From: Syntrophales bacterium
GTDB lineage: Bacteria > Desulfobacterota > Syntrophia > Syntrophales > PHBD01
DNA length: 64,000 nt
Assembly: GCA_963668175.1 (NCBI GenBank)
Contig: OY764159.1
Span: 1,312,001 to 1,376,000, forward strand
Reading direction: 5' to 3'
The translations under genes were made by a program, and so were the position numbers. The notes beneath the pieces were generated by a model that saw nothing but the letters and a program-made list of their open reading frames with translations, did not search any database and was not told the origin of the DNA. Positions 51,383 to 62,009 of the stretch are shown piece after piece; position 1 is the first letter of the stretch, and each line of letters opens with the position of its first letter.

Positions 51383-54300
51383 CTATATCTTGGTCACGTT
51401 GACCATGAACGCCTTGTATTCAGGGCAGAAGGTGTTCGCGTCGCCGACGGTCGGCGTCAGGAAGTTTGTGCTGTCGCCGCCGTCCTTCGGGAAGAGCCAG
51501 CCGTAGTTGAAGGGCAGGCCGACCTGGTGAACGGTTTTGCCTTCTACGGTGAAAGGCTTGAAGCGTTTGGTCACCATGGCCACGCACTGCACTTCGCCCC
51601 GGGCTGAGGATACCTTAACGCGCTGGCCGTTGGCGATGCCTTTCTCCTGGGCCAGCTTGTCGCCGATTTCGACATACAGCTCCGGCTGCATTTCCAGGAG
51701 CCACATCTGCCACCGGGTCAGTGCCCCGGAGCACCAGTGCTCCGTGCAGGAATAGGTCGTGCAGACATAGGGGAATTTCTCGTTGGCATTGGCTACCTTG
51801 TCCAGATCGCTCTTGAAGATCTTGATGGCCGGATTGATGAGCTGTCCGGACAACGGATTCTTGGCGAGCGGTCCTTCCAGGGGTTCGTAATGTTCCGGGA
51901 ACGGTCCCTCGACCATGCCGGGTCCGAACAAGGCGCCGAGGCCGTCCTGTTTCATGATGAAAGGGTACTTGCCTTTCTCTTTGTTCGCCATGGGCGGCCA
52001 GGGGCCGTCAGGGACGTCCCCGACCCATTTGTCTCCCGTCCATTCCAGGAGCTTGCGCTTGGGGTTGTATGGTTTGCCGTTGACGTCGCACGAGGCGCGG
52101 TTGTAAATGATCCTCCGGTTGACGGGCCAGGCGTAGGACCAGTTGGGATAGAGGCCGAGCCCGGTCGGGTCTTCCTTGCCGCGCTTCATCATCTTGTTGT
52201 CGCCGTCGGCCGTGAAGCTTCCCGCCATGACCCAGTTGCCGCTTGACGTCGCTCCGTCGTCCTGGAGATTGCCGAAGGTCGGGACGAGCTGCCCCTTCTT
52301 GAACTCCGTCTTCGTCTTCTTCTCTTTATCCTCGATGACCGTGTCTTTGATGAAGTAGCCGTTAATCTGCTTGGAGACCTTCAGTGCGTCGAACCGGCCT
52401 TTGGCATCCGTATAGTCCCATTTGAGGTTGAGGATGGGTTCGGGGTGGACGCCGCCCTCCTTGGCGTAGAGGGCCTTGACGGCCGCCATGATCTTGATCG
52501 TGATCTCGCCGACGGGGATACCGTCGCCCGGGGCTTCCGCTGCCTTGTATTTCCACTGCACCCAGCGTCCGCTGTTGCTCTGGCTCCCTTCCTTCTCCAT
52601 GGAGGCGGAGGCGGGCAGGAGGAAGACCTCCGTTTGTATCTTCTTGGGGTCGACGCCGGGACCTCTCCAGAATTGGTAGGTTTCGTTGTCAAAGATGTTT
52701 TCTCCGACGAGCCATTCCAGCTTTTCCAGGGCCTTGCGGACCTTCGTCGTGTTCGGTGAGCTGACGGCCGGGTCCGTGCCGACGGCGACGAGCCCCTTAA
52801 TCTTGCCCTCATACATCTTGTCGAAGAGGTGCATGAGGGAATAGTGGGCGCCTTCGTCGAGCTTCGGCAGCCAGGAATAACCGAAATCGTTTTCCTTTGT
52901 CACCCTGTCGTGGAACATGGCTGTGAGGAAACTGACGAAGAACTTCGGGTAGTTCTGATAGTAGTTCGCCGACTGGGGGTCCTTCGATTCCGGCGTGCAT
53001 TTGTGGAGATATTTCTCAAGCGTATCCAGAGAGCCCGAGGGCATCTTCAGGTATCCGGGCAGAATGTTGTATAGAATGGCATGGTCGGTCGAGCCCTGGA
53101 CGTTGGGTTCGCCGCGCAGCGCGTTGACGCCGCCGCCGCATATTCCCATGTTGCCCAGCAGGAGCTGGATGATGGACATGGTCCGGATAATCTGGCTTCC
53201 CGTCGTGTGGTGCGTCCATCCCAGGGCGTAGCATTCCGTTCCCGACTTGTCGGGAACGCCGGTGGCGCTGTAAGCCTTGTAGACTTTGAGCAGGTTCTCC
53301 TTGCTGACGCCCGTGATGCTGGATACCTTGTCCAGCGTGTAGCGGGAATAATGCTTCTTCATCATCTGGAAGACGCAGCGGGAGTCCTTCAGGGACATGT
53401 CGCGTTTGGGTATGCCCTTGCCGTCTTTCTCGATAACCCAGGTGTCCTTGTTGTACTTCCGGGTTTTTTCGTCGTAGCCCGAAAAGAGACCGTCTTTGAA
53501 ATGGAAGTCCGCGCCGACGATGAATGAAGCGTTGGTGTAGTTGAGGACGTAGTCTTTGAAATACTTGTCGTTCTCAAGAATGTAATTGATCATTCGCCCA
53601 GGAAGGCGATGTCCGTGCCGGAACGTAGGGGGACATGGAAGTCGCACCGTGCGGATGTCCTGGTATAGCGGGGATCGACGTGAATCAGAGTCGCCCCGTT
53701 CTGTTCCTTGGCCCGCAGAATCCACTTGAAGGCGATGGGATGGTGCTCTGCGGCATTGCTGCCCATAATAAGAATGCAATCGCTGTTCTTTAAATCGATA
53801 TAGTGGTTCGTCATCGAACCGCGTCCGAACGACTCTCCCAGAGCCGCTACAGAGGGACTGTGTCAGACCCTGGCCTGGTGGTCGATGTAGACCATGCCCA
53901 GGGCCCTGCACTTGACGCTCATGAGCCAGCATTCTTCATTGTCGACATTGGAACTGCCCAGATGGGCGATGGTTTCCAGGCGGTTGACCACCTCTCCCTT
54001 GTCGTTCTTCTTGACAAAACTCTTGTCCCGCTCGGTTTTTATGAGGCGGGCGATGCGGTCGATGGCCCAGTTCCAGTCCTTTTCCTCCCAGTCGGTGCCT
54101 CCCGGGGCCCGGTAGAGGACCTTTTTCAGGCGGTACTTGTTGGCCTCCGTCAGATCGAAGAACCCGGCGCCCTTGGCGCACAGCGAGCCTTCGTTGATCG
54201 GATGGTCGGCATCGCCCTCGATGTTGAAAATCTTGCCTGTGGTCTTGTCCACGCTGCAGATGAGGCCGCAGCCAACGGAGCAGTAGCAGCAGGTGGTGAT

Positions 54301-54450
54301 GACCTGCTTGGCGAGCTTAATGCGGTGCATCTTGTTGAGCTCATCCGCGTAAGCCCTCATGGGTCTCAGGTCAATGCCCAGGGTCGACAACGCAATTCCC
54401 GAGCCGACAGCCCCGGACAGGCCCAAGAAACCTCTCCTGGTAATTTCCAT
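51383..54450 (-). CDS. fdnG: Formate dehydrogenase-N alpha subunit, selenocysteine-containing; 1-nt frameshift near 53595 (pseudogene or sequence error)
   Basis: Tat signal TRRGFL, CCYCSVGC, HQARV-UGA-HS; continuation ends at TDIAFLGE* and resumes in another frame at MINYIL...; LRGEPNVQG, C-terminal CPEYKAF. Confidence 0.92.
53828..53865 (-). promoter_or_regulatory. Selenocysteine UGA codon (53863-53865) with downstream SECIS-like stem-loop
   Basis: UGA at the catalytic position (codon 196) followed by CAC AGT CCC TCT GTA GCG GCT CTG GGA GAG, which can form a hairpin. Confidence 0.8.
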
Positions 54451-54466
54451 AGATGCCTCCTTGCCT

Positions 54467-54582
54467 TATGTCATAAATGATATGAATCGGATGTGGCATG
54501 CATATGCATTTTTTCGGCGGGCGTCAAGAGAAAAAAGGATAATTTGCAATAAATTCCAATATGTTATGGTAAATTTAACATA
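54467..54582. promoter_or_regulatory. fdnG promoter region with two 18-bp palindromic operator candidates
   Basis: TATGTC-N6-GATATG (54467-54484) and TATGGT-N6-AACATA (54565-54582) flank a minus-strand TTGACG -35 box. Confidence 0.5.
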
Positions 54583-54784
54583 GGTTATATTAAACATCAC
54601 GGAACGCCGGAAATAACGGGGATTTCAGTTCGGGCAGGTTGTCTTATTGGGCAAGAGATGGTCGCCGGCAGCTTGCAGAGGGAAGGCGGATTCCCTCATG
54701 CCGGAAAGGATGGCGGAGCGGCGTCTCTATCCGGGGCTTCTCCTCTGCCGGCGAGACGCCGTCCTGTTTCCGAAATCACACGAA

Positions 54785-55798
54785 TCAGCAGATGCGCGGC
54801 ACCAGTTCGCCCGTGGGGAGGTCGACGATCCTTGTGCCGCCGATAAGGGTCTTCATCACGAGACGTCCTGCGCCCTTCTCCTTCACGGTACCGATGACGG
54901 CCGCCTGCCTGCCGTAGGGGTGGCGGGACATGACATCGAGGACCGCCCTCACCTCGCTTTGCGGGCAGAAGAGGGCAAACTTCCCCTCGTTGGCGAGAAA
55001 GAGGGGATCGAGGCCAAGAATCTCGCAGATGCCTTTGACCGCTTCGTTGACCGGGATAGCCGCCTCGTCGACGGCGATGTCCAGTTGCGACTGGGCGCTG
55101 ATCTCGGCCAGGATGGCCCCGAGTCCGCCACGCGTGGCATCCCGCAGGCAGTGAATCTCCGGGGATACCTGGAGAATCTCCCGGACGATGCCGTTCAGCG
55201 GCTGCGAATCGGACAGGATTCCCGAATCGAAGCCCAGGTTCTCCCGCGCGCAGAGGACCGCCGCGCCGTGGTCGCCGATGGGGCCGTTCAGGATGACTGC
55301 ATCCCCCGGCCGGATGCTCTGGACCGATATTTCCCGGCCGTAGCGGACGACCCCGAGGCCCGACGTATTAATGAAGACGCCGTCGGCAGCGCCGCGGGCG
55401 ACGACTTTCGTATCGCCGGTGACGATCTGGACGCCTGCTTTCACGGCGGCGTCCGCCATGGAACGTGTGATCTCCCGGAGGGTTTCGAGGGAAAACCCTT
55501 CCTCCAGGATGAATCCGGCCGTGAGATAAAGGGGCGTCGCCCCGCACATGGCGAGATCGTTGACCGTGCCGTGGACGGCAAGCGATCCGATATCGCCCCC
55601 GGGGAAGAACAGGGGGTGGACCACGAAGGAGTCGGTCGTCAGACAGAGGCGCAGCCCTTCAACCGTGAAGACGGCCCCATCCTCCAGGCGTTCGAGGGTC
55701 GCGTTTTTGAAGGCGGGCACGAAGACCGATTCCACCAGTTCGTGGGAGAGGCGGCCCCCGCCGCCGTGTTCCAGGACAATCTGTTTCTGTTCCATCAT
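54785..55798 (-). CDS. hypE: Hydrogenase maturation protein HypE
   Basis: HGGGG, TTDSFVV.PLFFPGGDIG.LAV.GTVND, RDATRGG, C-terminal PRIC. Confidence 0.96.
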   Translation of the reverse strand: MMEQKQIVLEHGGGGRLSHELVESVFVPAFKNATLERLEDGAVFTVEGLRLCLTTDSFVVHPLFFPGGDIGSLAVHGTVNDLAMCGATPLYLTAGFILEEGFSLETLREITRSMADAAVKAGVQIVTGDTKVVARGAADGVFINTSGLGVVRYGREISVQSIRPGDAVILNGPIGDHGAAVLCARENLGFDSGILSDSQPLNGIVREILQVSPEIHCLRDATRGGLGAILAEISAQSQLDIAVDEAAIPVNEAVKGICEILGLDPLFLANEGKFALFCPQSEVRAVLDVMSRHPYGRQAAVIGTVKEKGAGRLVMKTLIGGTRIVDLPTGELVPRIC

Positions 55799-55801
55799 CG
55801 T

Positions 55802-58117
55802 TCAACCCTTTCCTTTTCTGGCAATATTTGCGGCGCAGACGGCCTGCCCCAGTGCGATGCCGCCGTCGTTGGTCGGTATCCGGCTGTGGGAAAAGACCTC
55901 GAAGCCCTGCCGGGAAAGCTCCCGGTGGCACGCCGTGAGGAGCATTCTGTTCTGGAAGCAGCCGCCGCCTAGGACGACGCGGTGGAGCCCCGACTTTTCT
56001 CTGATCCGCACGGCCATGGCCGCAAAGGCCACGGGCAGTGTCGCCTGGAAGGCCGCGGCCATGTCAATCACCGTAACGCCCTGACGCCGCATATCCACGA
56101 CGGCCTTCACAGCGCCGGTAAAATCAAGGATCAGTTTCTCTTCCTCTTCGGCAAGGGCGAAGGGAAGGAGGCCGGCAGAGCCTTTCTCTGCGCAGGCTTC
56201 CAGTTCCATCGCCGCCTGGCCCTCGTAACTGACACGTGTTCGCAGGCCGATCAGGGCGGCAAACCCGTCATACAACCTTCCCAGGCTCGATGTCCAGGGG
56301 CTGTTGAGACCCGTCTCCACCATCCTCTTTAAAATCGCCCCGGTCCCAGCGCCCAAGCCCATGTCCATTTCCTGTGGCAGGAGACCGAGTTCCGCGGCGG
56401 TATCCGGCCATGAATCTCCGCAGGCCGTGAAAAGGAGGCTGACGGCAATCCGCCAGGGCTCCCGGATGGCCGCCTCGCCGCCGGGGAGGCGGTAGTAGCG
56501 CAGATGGCCGGCCCGGGTGAAGGACATCTCGTCCGCCGTCAGGAATTCCCCTCCCCAGACCTGCCCGTCGGTCCCGTAGCCCGTCCCGTCCATGGCCAGG
56601 CCGATGACCTGCCCCGAGAGGCCATGCTCGGCCATACAGCCGACAATGTGGGCGTGGTGGTGCTGGACCGGAATGATGCGCACTCCCTCCATTCCTCCGG
56701 CGTACCGGGTGGTGTAATAACCCGGGTGAAGGTCGCAGGCGACAATCGAAGGCCTTCGCTCCGTGAGCTTGTACATGAGCCGGACGGATTCGTCGAAGAA
56801 ACGGCGCGCCTCCGGCGTGTCGAGGTCGCCGATATGGGGGCTCAGGAAGGCCTCGCTGCCGCGGATGATGCAGGCCGTCGCCTTCATCTGGCCCCCCAGG
56901 GCCAGGGTGTCCGGCAGGGGTGCGGCCAGCTGAAACGGCCGGGGAACGAAGCCGCGGGATCGCCTGAGCAGCCTGATCTGTTGGTCCGCAACCATGGCGA
57001 TGGAGTCGTCGCAACGGACGAGGATATCGCGGTTGTGTGTCAGGAAGACGTCGGCGATGCCCGCCAGGCGCGTTACGGCCTCGCGGTTGCCGATGCAGAT
57101 GGGTTCGTCCGTCTGGTTGGCGCTGGTCATGACCAGCGCCTGGAGAAAGCCGCCGTCGGCCGCCGGTGTGCTGAAGAGAAGATGATGCAGGGGGGCGTAA
57201 GGCAGCATGATGCCCATATTGGGAACGCCCGGGGCCACGGCGGGAGCGATGGACGACGCCTTTTTCGTCAGAAGGACAATGGGCGCCTCTGCAGCCAGGA
57301 GCAGGGCCTCTTCACGCTCGTCGATCTCGGCGATGTCCTTCGCAATCGCAAGGCTGCGCGCCATGATGGCGAGGGGTTTTTCCTCCCTGAATTTTCGGGT
57401 TTTCAGCCGTTCGACGGCCGGTCCGTTCATGGCGTCGACAGCCAGATGGAAGCCCCCGATGCCTTTGATCGCCACGATGTCGCCCGACGCCAGCAATTCG
57501 ACGGCCTGCCGGACGGGATCGCTGCCGGAAACCGGGTTCCCCTCCGCGTCCAAAAGCGTCAGGGCCGGACCGCATACGGGACAGGCGTTGGGCTCGGCAT
57601 GGAATCTCCGGTCGAGGGGGTTTTCGTATTCGGCGGCGCAATCGGGGCATAAGGGGAAGCAGGCCATGGACGTGTTGGCGCGGTCGTAGGGAACGTCCCG
57701 GACGATGGTGAGCCTGGGGCCGCAGTTGGTACAGTTGGTGAACGGATAGCGATGGCGCCGGTCGTCGGGATCGGTCAGTTCCGCCAGGCAATCGCGGCAG
57801 GCGGCGGCGTCGGGGGAGGTTAGCACCTCCTTCTTTCCCTGCAGGGAACTGCCGGCAATCGTGAAAGTGCTTTCTCCGGCCGGGGCGATTTCTTCTTCCT
57901 TAACACCCGTCAGATCGGCGAGGGGGGGCAGACTGTTCCTGACGCCGTCGATGAAGTGGTTTATGGATTCTTTCGGACCCTCCACTTCAACGATAACGCC
58001 GTCAGGGCTGTTGCGGACGAAGCCGGCAAGGCCATGCTGTGTCGCCAGGCGGTAGACGAACGGCCTGAATCCTACACCCTGCACCGTTCCCGTCAGGAGA
58101 TATCGCATGCGCTTCAT
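55802..58117 (-). CDS. hypF: Carbamoyltransferase HypF
   Basis: GTVQGVGFRP acylphosphatase domain, two Zn fingers, KGIGGFHL, QHHHAH, DG.GYG.DG..WGGE, NDGGIALGQ. Confidence 0.96.
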   Translation of the reverse strand: MKRMRYLLTGTVQGVGFRPFVYRLATQHGLAGFVRNSPDGVIVEVEGPKESINHFIDGVRNSLPPLADLTGVKEEEIAPAGESTFTIAGSSLQGKKEVLTSPDAAACRDCLAELTDPDDRRHRYPFTNCTNCGPRLTIVRDVPYDRANTSMACFPLCPDCAAEYENPLDRRFHAEPNACPVCGPALTLLDAEGNPVSGSDPVRQAVELLASGDIVAIKGIGGFHLAVDAMNGPAVERLKTRKFREEKPLAIMARSLAIAKDIAEIDEREEALLLAAEAPIVLLTKKASSIAPAVAPGVPNMGIMLPYAPLHHLLFSTPAADGGFLQALVMTSANQTDEPICIGNREAVTRLAGIADVFLTHNRDILVRCDDSIAMVADQQIRLLRRSRGFVPRPFQLAAPLPDTLALGGQMKATACIIRGSEAFLSPHIGDLDTPEARRFFDESVRLMYKLTERRPSIVACDLHPGYYTTRYAGGMEGVRIIPVQHHHAHIVGCMAEHGLSGQVIGLAMDGTGYGTDGQVWGGEFLTADEMSFTRAGHLRYYRLPGGEAAIREPWRIAVSLLFTACGDSWPDTAAELGLLPQEMDMGLGAGTGAILKRMVETGLNSPWTSSLGRLYDGFAALIGLRTRVSYEGQAAMELEACAEKGSAGLLPFALAEEEEKLILDFTGAVKAVVDMRRQGVTVIDMAAAFQATLPVAFAAMAVRIREKSGLHRVVLGGGCFQNRMLLTACHRELSRQGFEVFSHSRIPTNDGGIALGQAVCAANIARKGKG

Positions 58118-58233
58118 GACGAAAGGACTCCCGACGAATTGTGACGGAAGGACCGGCCGCGATATGCCTTCCAGGCGGCGCCCGTGATCATCATGCCGCT
58201 TCACCTGCCTTACCTTGTTTGCTCCGAGGAGGG

Positions 58234-58896
58234 CTATCGTCCCTTCTTGAAAGCCTCGATTCTATCCGTGAGCCACTCGTACCAGGCGTCAAGGCCCTCG
58301 CCGGTCTTGCAGGACACTTCGATGATCCTGAGCTTGTTGTTCAGGGCCAGGGCGTCGCGCCGGGCCTTGGGCAGATCGAAATCGACGTACGGAATGAGGT
58401 CTGTCTTGTTGATGATGAGGACGGACGATTCCTGGAACATGAGCGGGTACTTCGACGGCTTGTCGGCCCCTTCCGGCGTACTCAGGATCATGGCTTTGAC
58501 GTTCTCCCCGATCTTGAATTCGGCGGGGCAGACCAGGTTGCCGACGTTCTCGGTGATGAGGAGATCGAGTTTGTCCAGGTCGAAGGCCGGCAGCGTCTCG
58601 CGGATCATGTTGCCGTCGATGTGGCAGGCGCCGCCGGTGTTGATCTGGACGACCGGGATGCCCAGTTTGGCGATCCGGTCGGCGTCGTACGTGTCCTGGA
58701 TGTCGCCTTCGATCACGCCGATATTGTATTTGCTTTTCAATGCGGCGATCGTCTTTTCCAGGAGCGTCGTCTTGCCGGCGCCCGGCGAGCTCATGAGATT
58801 GATGGCGTATACCCCTTTTTCGTCGAAAAGGGCCCTGTTCTCTACGGCAATCCTGTCGTTGGCGTCCAGGATGTTCTTGACCACTTGAATCTTCAT
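58234..58896 (-). CDS. hypB: Hydrogenase nickel incorporation GTPase HypB
   Basis: SSPGAGKT, IEGD, GACH, ENVGNLVCP, EG.DKP.KYP, NKTD. Confidence 0.96.
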   Translation of the reverse strand: MKIQVVKNILDANDRIAVENRALFDEKGVYAINLMSSPGAGKTTLLEKTIAALKSKYNIGVIEGDIQDTYDADRIAKLGIPVVQINTGGACHIDGNMIRETLPAFDLDKLDLLITENVGNLVCPAEFKIGENVKAMILSTPEGADKPSKYPLMFQESSVLIINKTDLIPYVDFDLPKARRDALALNNKLRIIEVSCKTGEGLDAWYEWLTDRIEAFKKGR

Positions 58897-58912
58897 AATA
58901 TCGCTTCCTCCA

Positions 58913-60007
58913 TCATGAATATTTGTAGTAGGCGGCACATGTCCCTTCCGAGGAAACCATGCAGGGGCCTATGGGGTTCTGCGGCTGGCAAATGACCTTG
59001 TACAGGGGGCAGTCGCCCGGGGCGGCGATGCCCCGCAGGATGTCCCCGCACCGGCATTTACTCACATCGCTCGACTGCATCTCCGGGATGTCGAAACGGC
59101 GGAGGGCATTCAGATCGTCGAATTCTTCTTTCAGAACGAGACCGCTGTCCGGAATGGCGCCAAGTCCCCGCCATTCGGAGGAGACGGCGTCGAATACCTC
59201 CCCCAGGAGCGCTTTGGCCCGCTCGTTGCCCTGTGGACGGACCGCCCGGGTGTACTGGGTCTCTACGCGGGGGGCGTTCTCCCGGACCTGCCGGACGACC
59301 ATCAGAATGCCCTCCAGGATGTCGACGGGTTCGAAGCCGGTCACGACGGCCGCCCGTCCCGCGCGGGCGAGAAAGACATAGGCGTCGGCGCCGATGACGA
59401 TGCTGACGTGTCCCGGGCAGAGAAAACCGTCGACGTTCAGCTCGGGATCGTCGATGAGGACCTTCATGGCCGGGGGTATCGTCTTGTGCGAAGAGATGAC
59501 GGAGAGGTTGCCGATCCCCTTTTTGCGGCAGGTGCGGATCAAAGAAGCGGTGATCGGCGAGGTCGTCTCGAATCCGATACCCATGAAGACGACCTGTTTG
59601 TCCGCGTTGGCTTCGGCAATCTCGATGACGTCCATCCCGGAGGCGATGACCCGCACATCCGCCCCCGCCGCCCTGGCCTTCTGCAGGGTGGCCCCCTTGG
59701 TGCCGGGGACGCGGATCATGTCGCCGAAGGTCGTGAAAATGACGTCCTTGAGGCCCGCGAGATAGAGGGCACGGTCGATATCGCCGATGGCCGTTACGCA
59801 GACGGGACAGCCCGGTCCGGAGATGAGCCTGATGTTGTCGGGCAGAAGGCCCCTGATCCCGTAACGCCCGATGGCCATGGTATGGCTTCCGCACACCTCC
59901 ATGATCGTCATGGGTCTGTCAAGGCCGGCCGCCTCCGCCTTGATCCGGGCAAGCAGGGCGGTCGCCAGCTTGGGATCGCGGTATTCGTCAATATATTTCA
60001 TTTTCAA
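58913..60007 (-). CDS. hypD: Hydrogenase formation protein HypD
   Basis: MEVCGSHT, GPGCPVC, GFETT, PGHVS, GFEP, GPCMVSSEG.CAAYY. Confidence 0.97.
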   Translation of the reverse strand: MKMKYIDEYRDPKLATALLARIKAEAAGLDRPMTIMEVCGSHTMAIGRYGIRGLLPDNIRLISGPGCPVCVTAIGDIDRALYLAGLKDVIFTTFGDMIRVPGTKGATLQKARAAGADVRVIASGMDVIEIAEANADKQVVFMGIGFETTSPITASLIRTCRKKGIGNLSVISSHKTIPPAMKVLIDDPELNVDGFLCPGHVSIVIGADAYVFLARAGRAAVVTGFEPVDILEGILMVVRQVRENAPRVETQYTRAVRPQGNERAKALLGEVFDAVSSEWRGLGAIPDSGLVLKEEFDDLNALRRFDIPEMQSSDVSKCRCGDILRGIAAPGDCPLYKVICQPQNPIGPCMVSSEGTCAAYYKYS

Positions 60008-60218
60008 TCAATTCTTTAAGGAGGTCGAGCTTCTCCTTTGCCGATTCCTCGTCCACCTTCTGCATGGCATAGCCCGCGTGGGATATGACATAGTCGCCGA
60101 TGACGACCGCCTCGTCGACGAGGTCCAGACAGACTTCCCGGCGGGTGCCGCCGATGTCGACGATGGCGAAATTGTCCTGGTCGATGGAAAGGATCTTTCC
60201 CGGAAAGGCAATGCACAT
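59988..60218 (-). CDS. hypC: Hydrogenase chaperone HypC
   Basis: MCIAFPG, GDYVI.HAGYA. Confidence 0.95.
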   Translation of the reverse strand: MCIAFPGKILSIDQDNFAIVDIGGTRREVCLDLVDEAVVIGDYVISHAGYAMQKVDEESAKEKLDLLKELIENEIY

Positions 60219-60233
60219 GATACACCTCTTCCT

Positions 60234-60578
60234 TTACTCCACGTCCATCTCCATGAGCCGGAGCTCCTCCGTGCCGCCGGTGACCATCACCTCCTCGCCC
60301 CCGCATTGGGGACAGACGGCGGAGTAGGACGTCAGTTTACTCTCTTTCTGGCATTTAAAACAATAGATCACGATGGGGTGGACGTCGAAGGCAAGCTTAG
60401 CCCCTTCGGCCCGCGTGCCCGCGGATTGGATCTCGAAGGAGAAGGTCAGCGCCTTCGGATCGATGCAGGACATGCGACCGTATGAAAGCTTCAATGAGCG
60501 CACCCGGTCGAATCCGTGCGTTTTGGCGTAGTCTTCGACGATGGCGAGGATGGACATGGTCAGGGACAGTTCATGCAT
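60234..60578 (-). CDS. hypA: Hydrogenase nickel metallochaperone HypA
   Basis: MHELS, CxxC...CPxCG, G.EEL. Confidence 0.95.
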   Translation of the reverse strand: MHELSLTMSILAIVEDYAKTHGFDRVRSLKLSYGRMSCIDPKALTFSFEIQSAGTRAEGAKLAFDVHPIVIYCFKCQKESKLTSYSAVCPQCGGEEVMVTGGTEELRLMEMDVE

Positions 60579-61053
60579 GGCCGGTCTTTTCCACCCGGAG
60601 GCCGTGGCGGGCAATCTCGGCGATCAGGAGTTCCGCCATCTTGGGGAAAGCGGCCGTCATGACCGGGCTCATCTCCAGGTTCATCTCGCTGTATTTTTCG
60701 GGCACGATGCAGAGGAAGACCATCGGCGGCTCTTCGCCCATCATTTCCAGCTTGCAGATGACGTCGGCGAATTTGACCTCGTGCGCCGATGTCGGCGGCG
60801 GCATATGGATCTCCATCTCCTCGCGGGTGAACCGGTAAATCGACCCGGGCCGATCGTTGAGTTTGATCACGTCGATAATGATGGCTTCCTCGCAGCCGCC
60901 GAGGATGTCCAGGAGCATGTAGCCCAAGGTGCCCCCGTCAGTCGCCGTCACGTTCTCGGGCAGACGGTACGCTTCGGAAAACCAGCGGATGAAGTGAACG
61001 CCGAACCCCTCGTCCTGAAGCAGGATATTGCCCAATCCCAGAATTTGAATCAA
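60571..61053 (-). CDS. Hydrogenase maturation endopeptidase (HyaD/HybD family)
   Basis: LGLGNILL.DEGFG, DGGTLG, SAHE; TTG start. Confidence 0.92.
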   Translation of the reverse strand: MIQILGLGNILLQDEGFGVHFIRWFSEAYRLPENVTATDGGTLGYMLLDILGGCEEAIIIDVIKLNDRPGSIYRFTREEMEIHMPPPTSAHEVKFADVICKLEMMGEEPPMVFLCIVPEKYSEMNLEMSPVMTAAFPKMAELLIAEIARHGLRVEKTGHA

Positions 61054-61266
61054 TTAGACCCCGCCCGGCTGCCGCAAAGCATCCCGATCGTTCCGCAAGT
61101 ATATTCGGACCGATCCCGGCCTGCGCAACCGGTTCTCAAATGTTGTCGCGGGCGGCGGCCGCAATGTGGCCGCCGCTCAGAAAGTCTTTACCATATCGGG
61201 AACGAATTTCCCAAAACTATCATCGTCCGGTAAATCCGGACCCGGCCCGCCATGAGCCATGATGAC

Positions 61267-61295
61267 AAAAAGGGGAGATATTAACCTCCCCTTTT
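61267..61295 (-). terminator. Intrinsic terminator after the hydrogenase structural genes
   Basis: AAAAAGGGGAG...CTCCCCTTTT hairpin with T runs on both strands. Confidence 0.75.
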
Positions 61296-61326
61296 CGCTT
61301 TATAAACTTCTACATGTGCCTGATCT

Positions 61327-61992
61327 CTATTTATGCTCTTTCCTGAACACAAGTCCCGAAATCATCGACGACACGGTACCTTCCTTGAAGATGACATCAT
61401 ACCAGAAGGCCATGTAGACATGGACGACGATGAACAGGACAAAACACCACGTCAGGATATGATGGACCAAACGCACGATGGCGAGTCCGCCCATCATGGT
61501 CTCTACAGGCTTCAGGATCTTGTAGAAAATACCCGTGAGCCCTCCGTGATAGCCCGCCGCCCCGGTCAGGATGAGGCCGGTGACGACGATGAGGAAGACC
61601 ATCGCCAGAAGGCCGCCGTAGGCCAGGGATTGCAGCGGTCCATACAGGTGCGTATGTTCCGGCGGTTCCTTGGAAATCAGCAGGTAAAACTTGATCTGCT
61701 TGATGAAGTTCTTGATGTTGGTGAAGGCGAAAAAATCCTTCCAGTCGGCGTGAAACCTCGAGAAGAACATGAGGTATACCCGCCAGATAAAGACATAAAC
61801 CAGAAACAGGCCGAAGAGGATATGCAGGAAAAGCATAACCGTCATTTCCCGGACGTCCGCTTCGTTGCTCAGGGGAATGCCTTCCGCAATATAGAAGCCC
61901 GTGGCGATCAGGACGAAGATGAGAACCGCCATGATCCAGTGGTTGTATCTGATGGCCACCGACCACTCTTTCTTGGGTGTAATCTGCTCCAT
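61327..61992 (-). CDS. Ni/Fe-hydrogenase b-type cytochrome subunit
   Basis: R.NHW, TGFYI, LH, Y.PLQ..AY, R..HH...W...FI.VHVY, SSMISG. Confidence 0.92.
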   Translation of the reverse strand: MEQITPKKEWSVAIRYNHWIMAVLIFVLIATGFYIAEGIPLSNEADVREMTVMLFLHILFGLFLVYVFIWRVYLMFFSRFHADWKDFFAFTNIKNFIKQIKFYLLISKEPPEHTHLYGPLQSLAYGGLLAMVFLIVVTGLILTGAAGYHGGLTGIFYKILKPVETMMGGLAIVRLVHHILTWCFVLFIVVHVYMAFWYDVIFKEGTVSSMISGLVFRKEHK

Positions 61993-62009
61993 AACTGCCT
62001 CCTTGTCGG

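Noticed and set aside
53585..53605. Programmed ribosomal frameshift or natural two-gene split of fdnG
   Set aside because: No slippery sequence and no good RBS before the internal ATG; a single missing G explains it.
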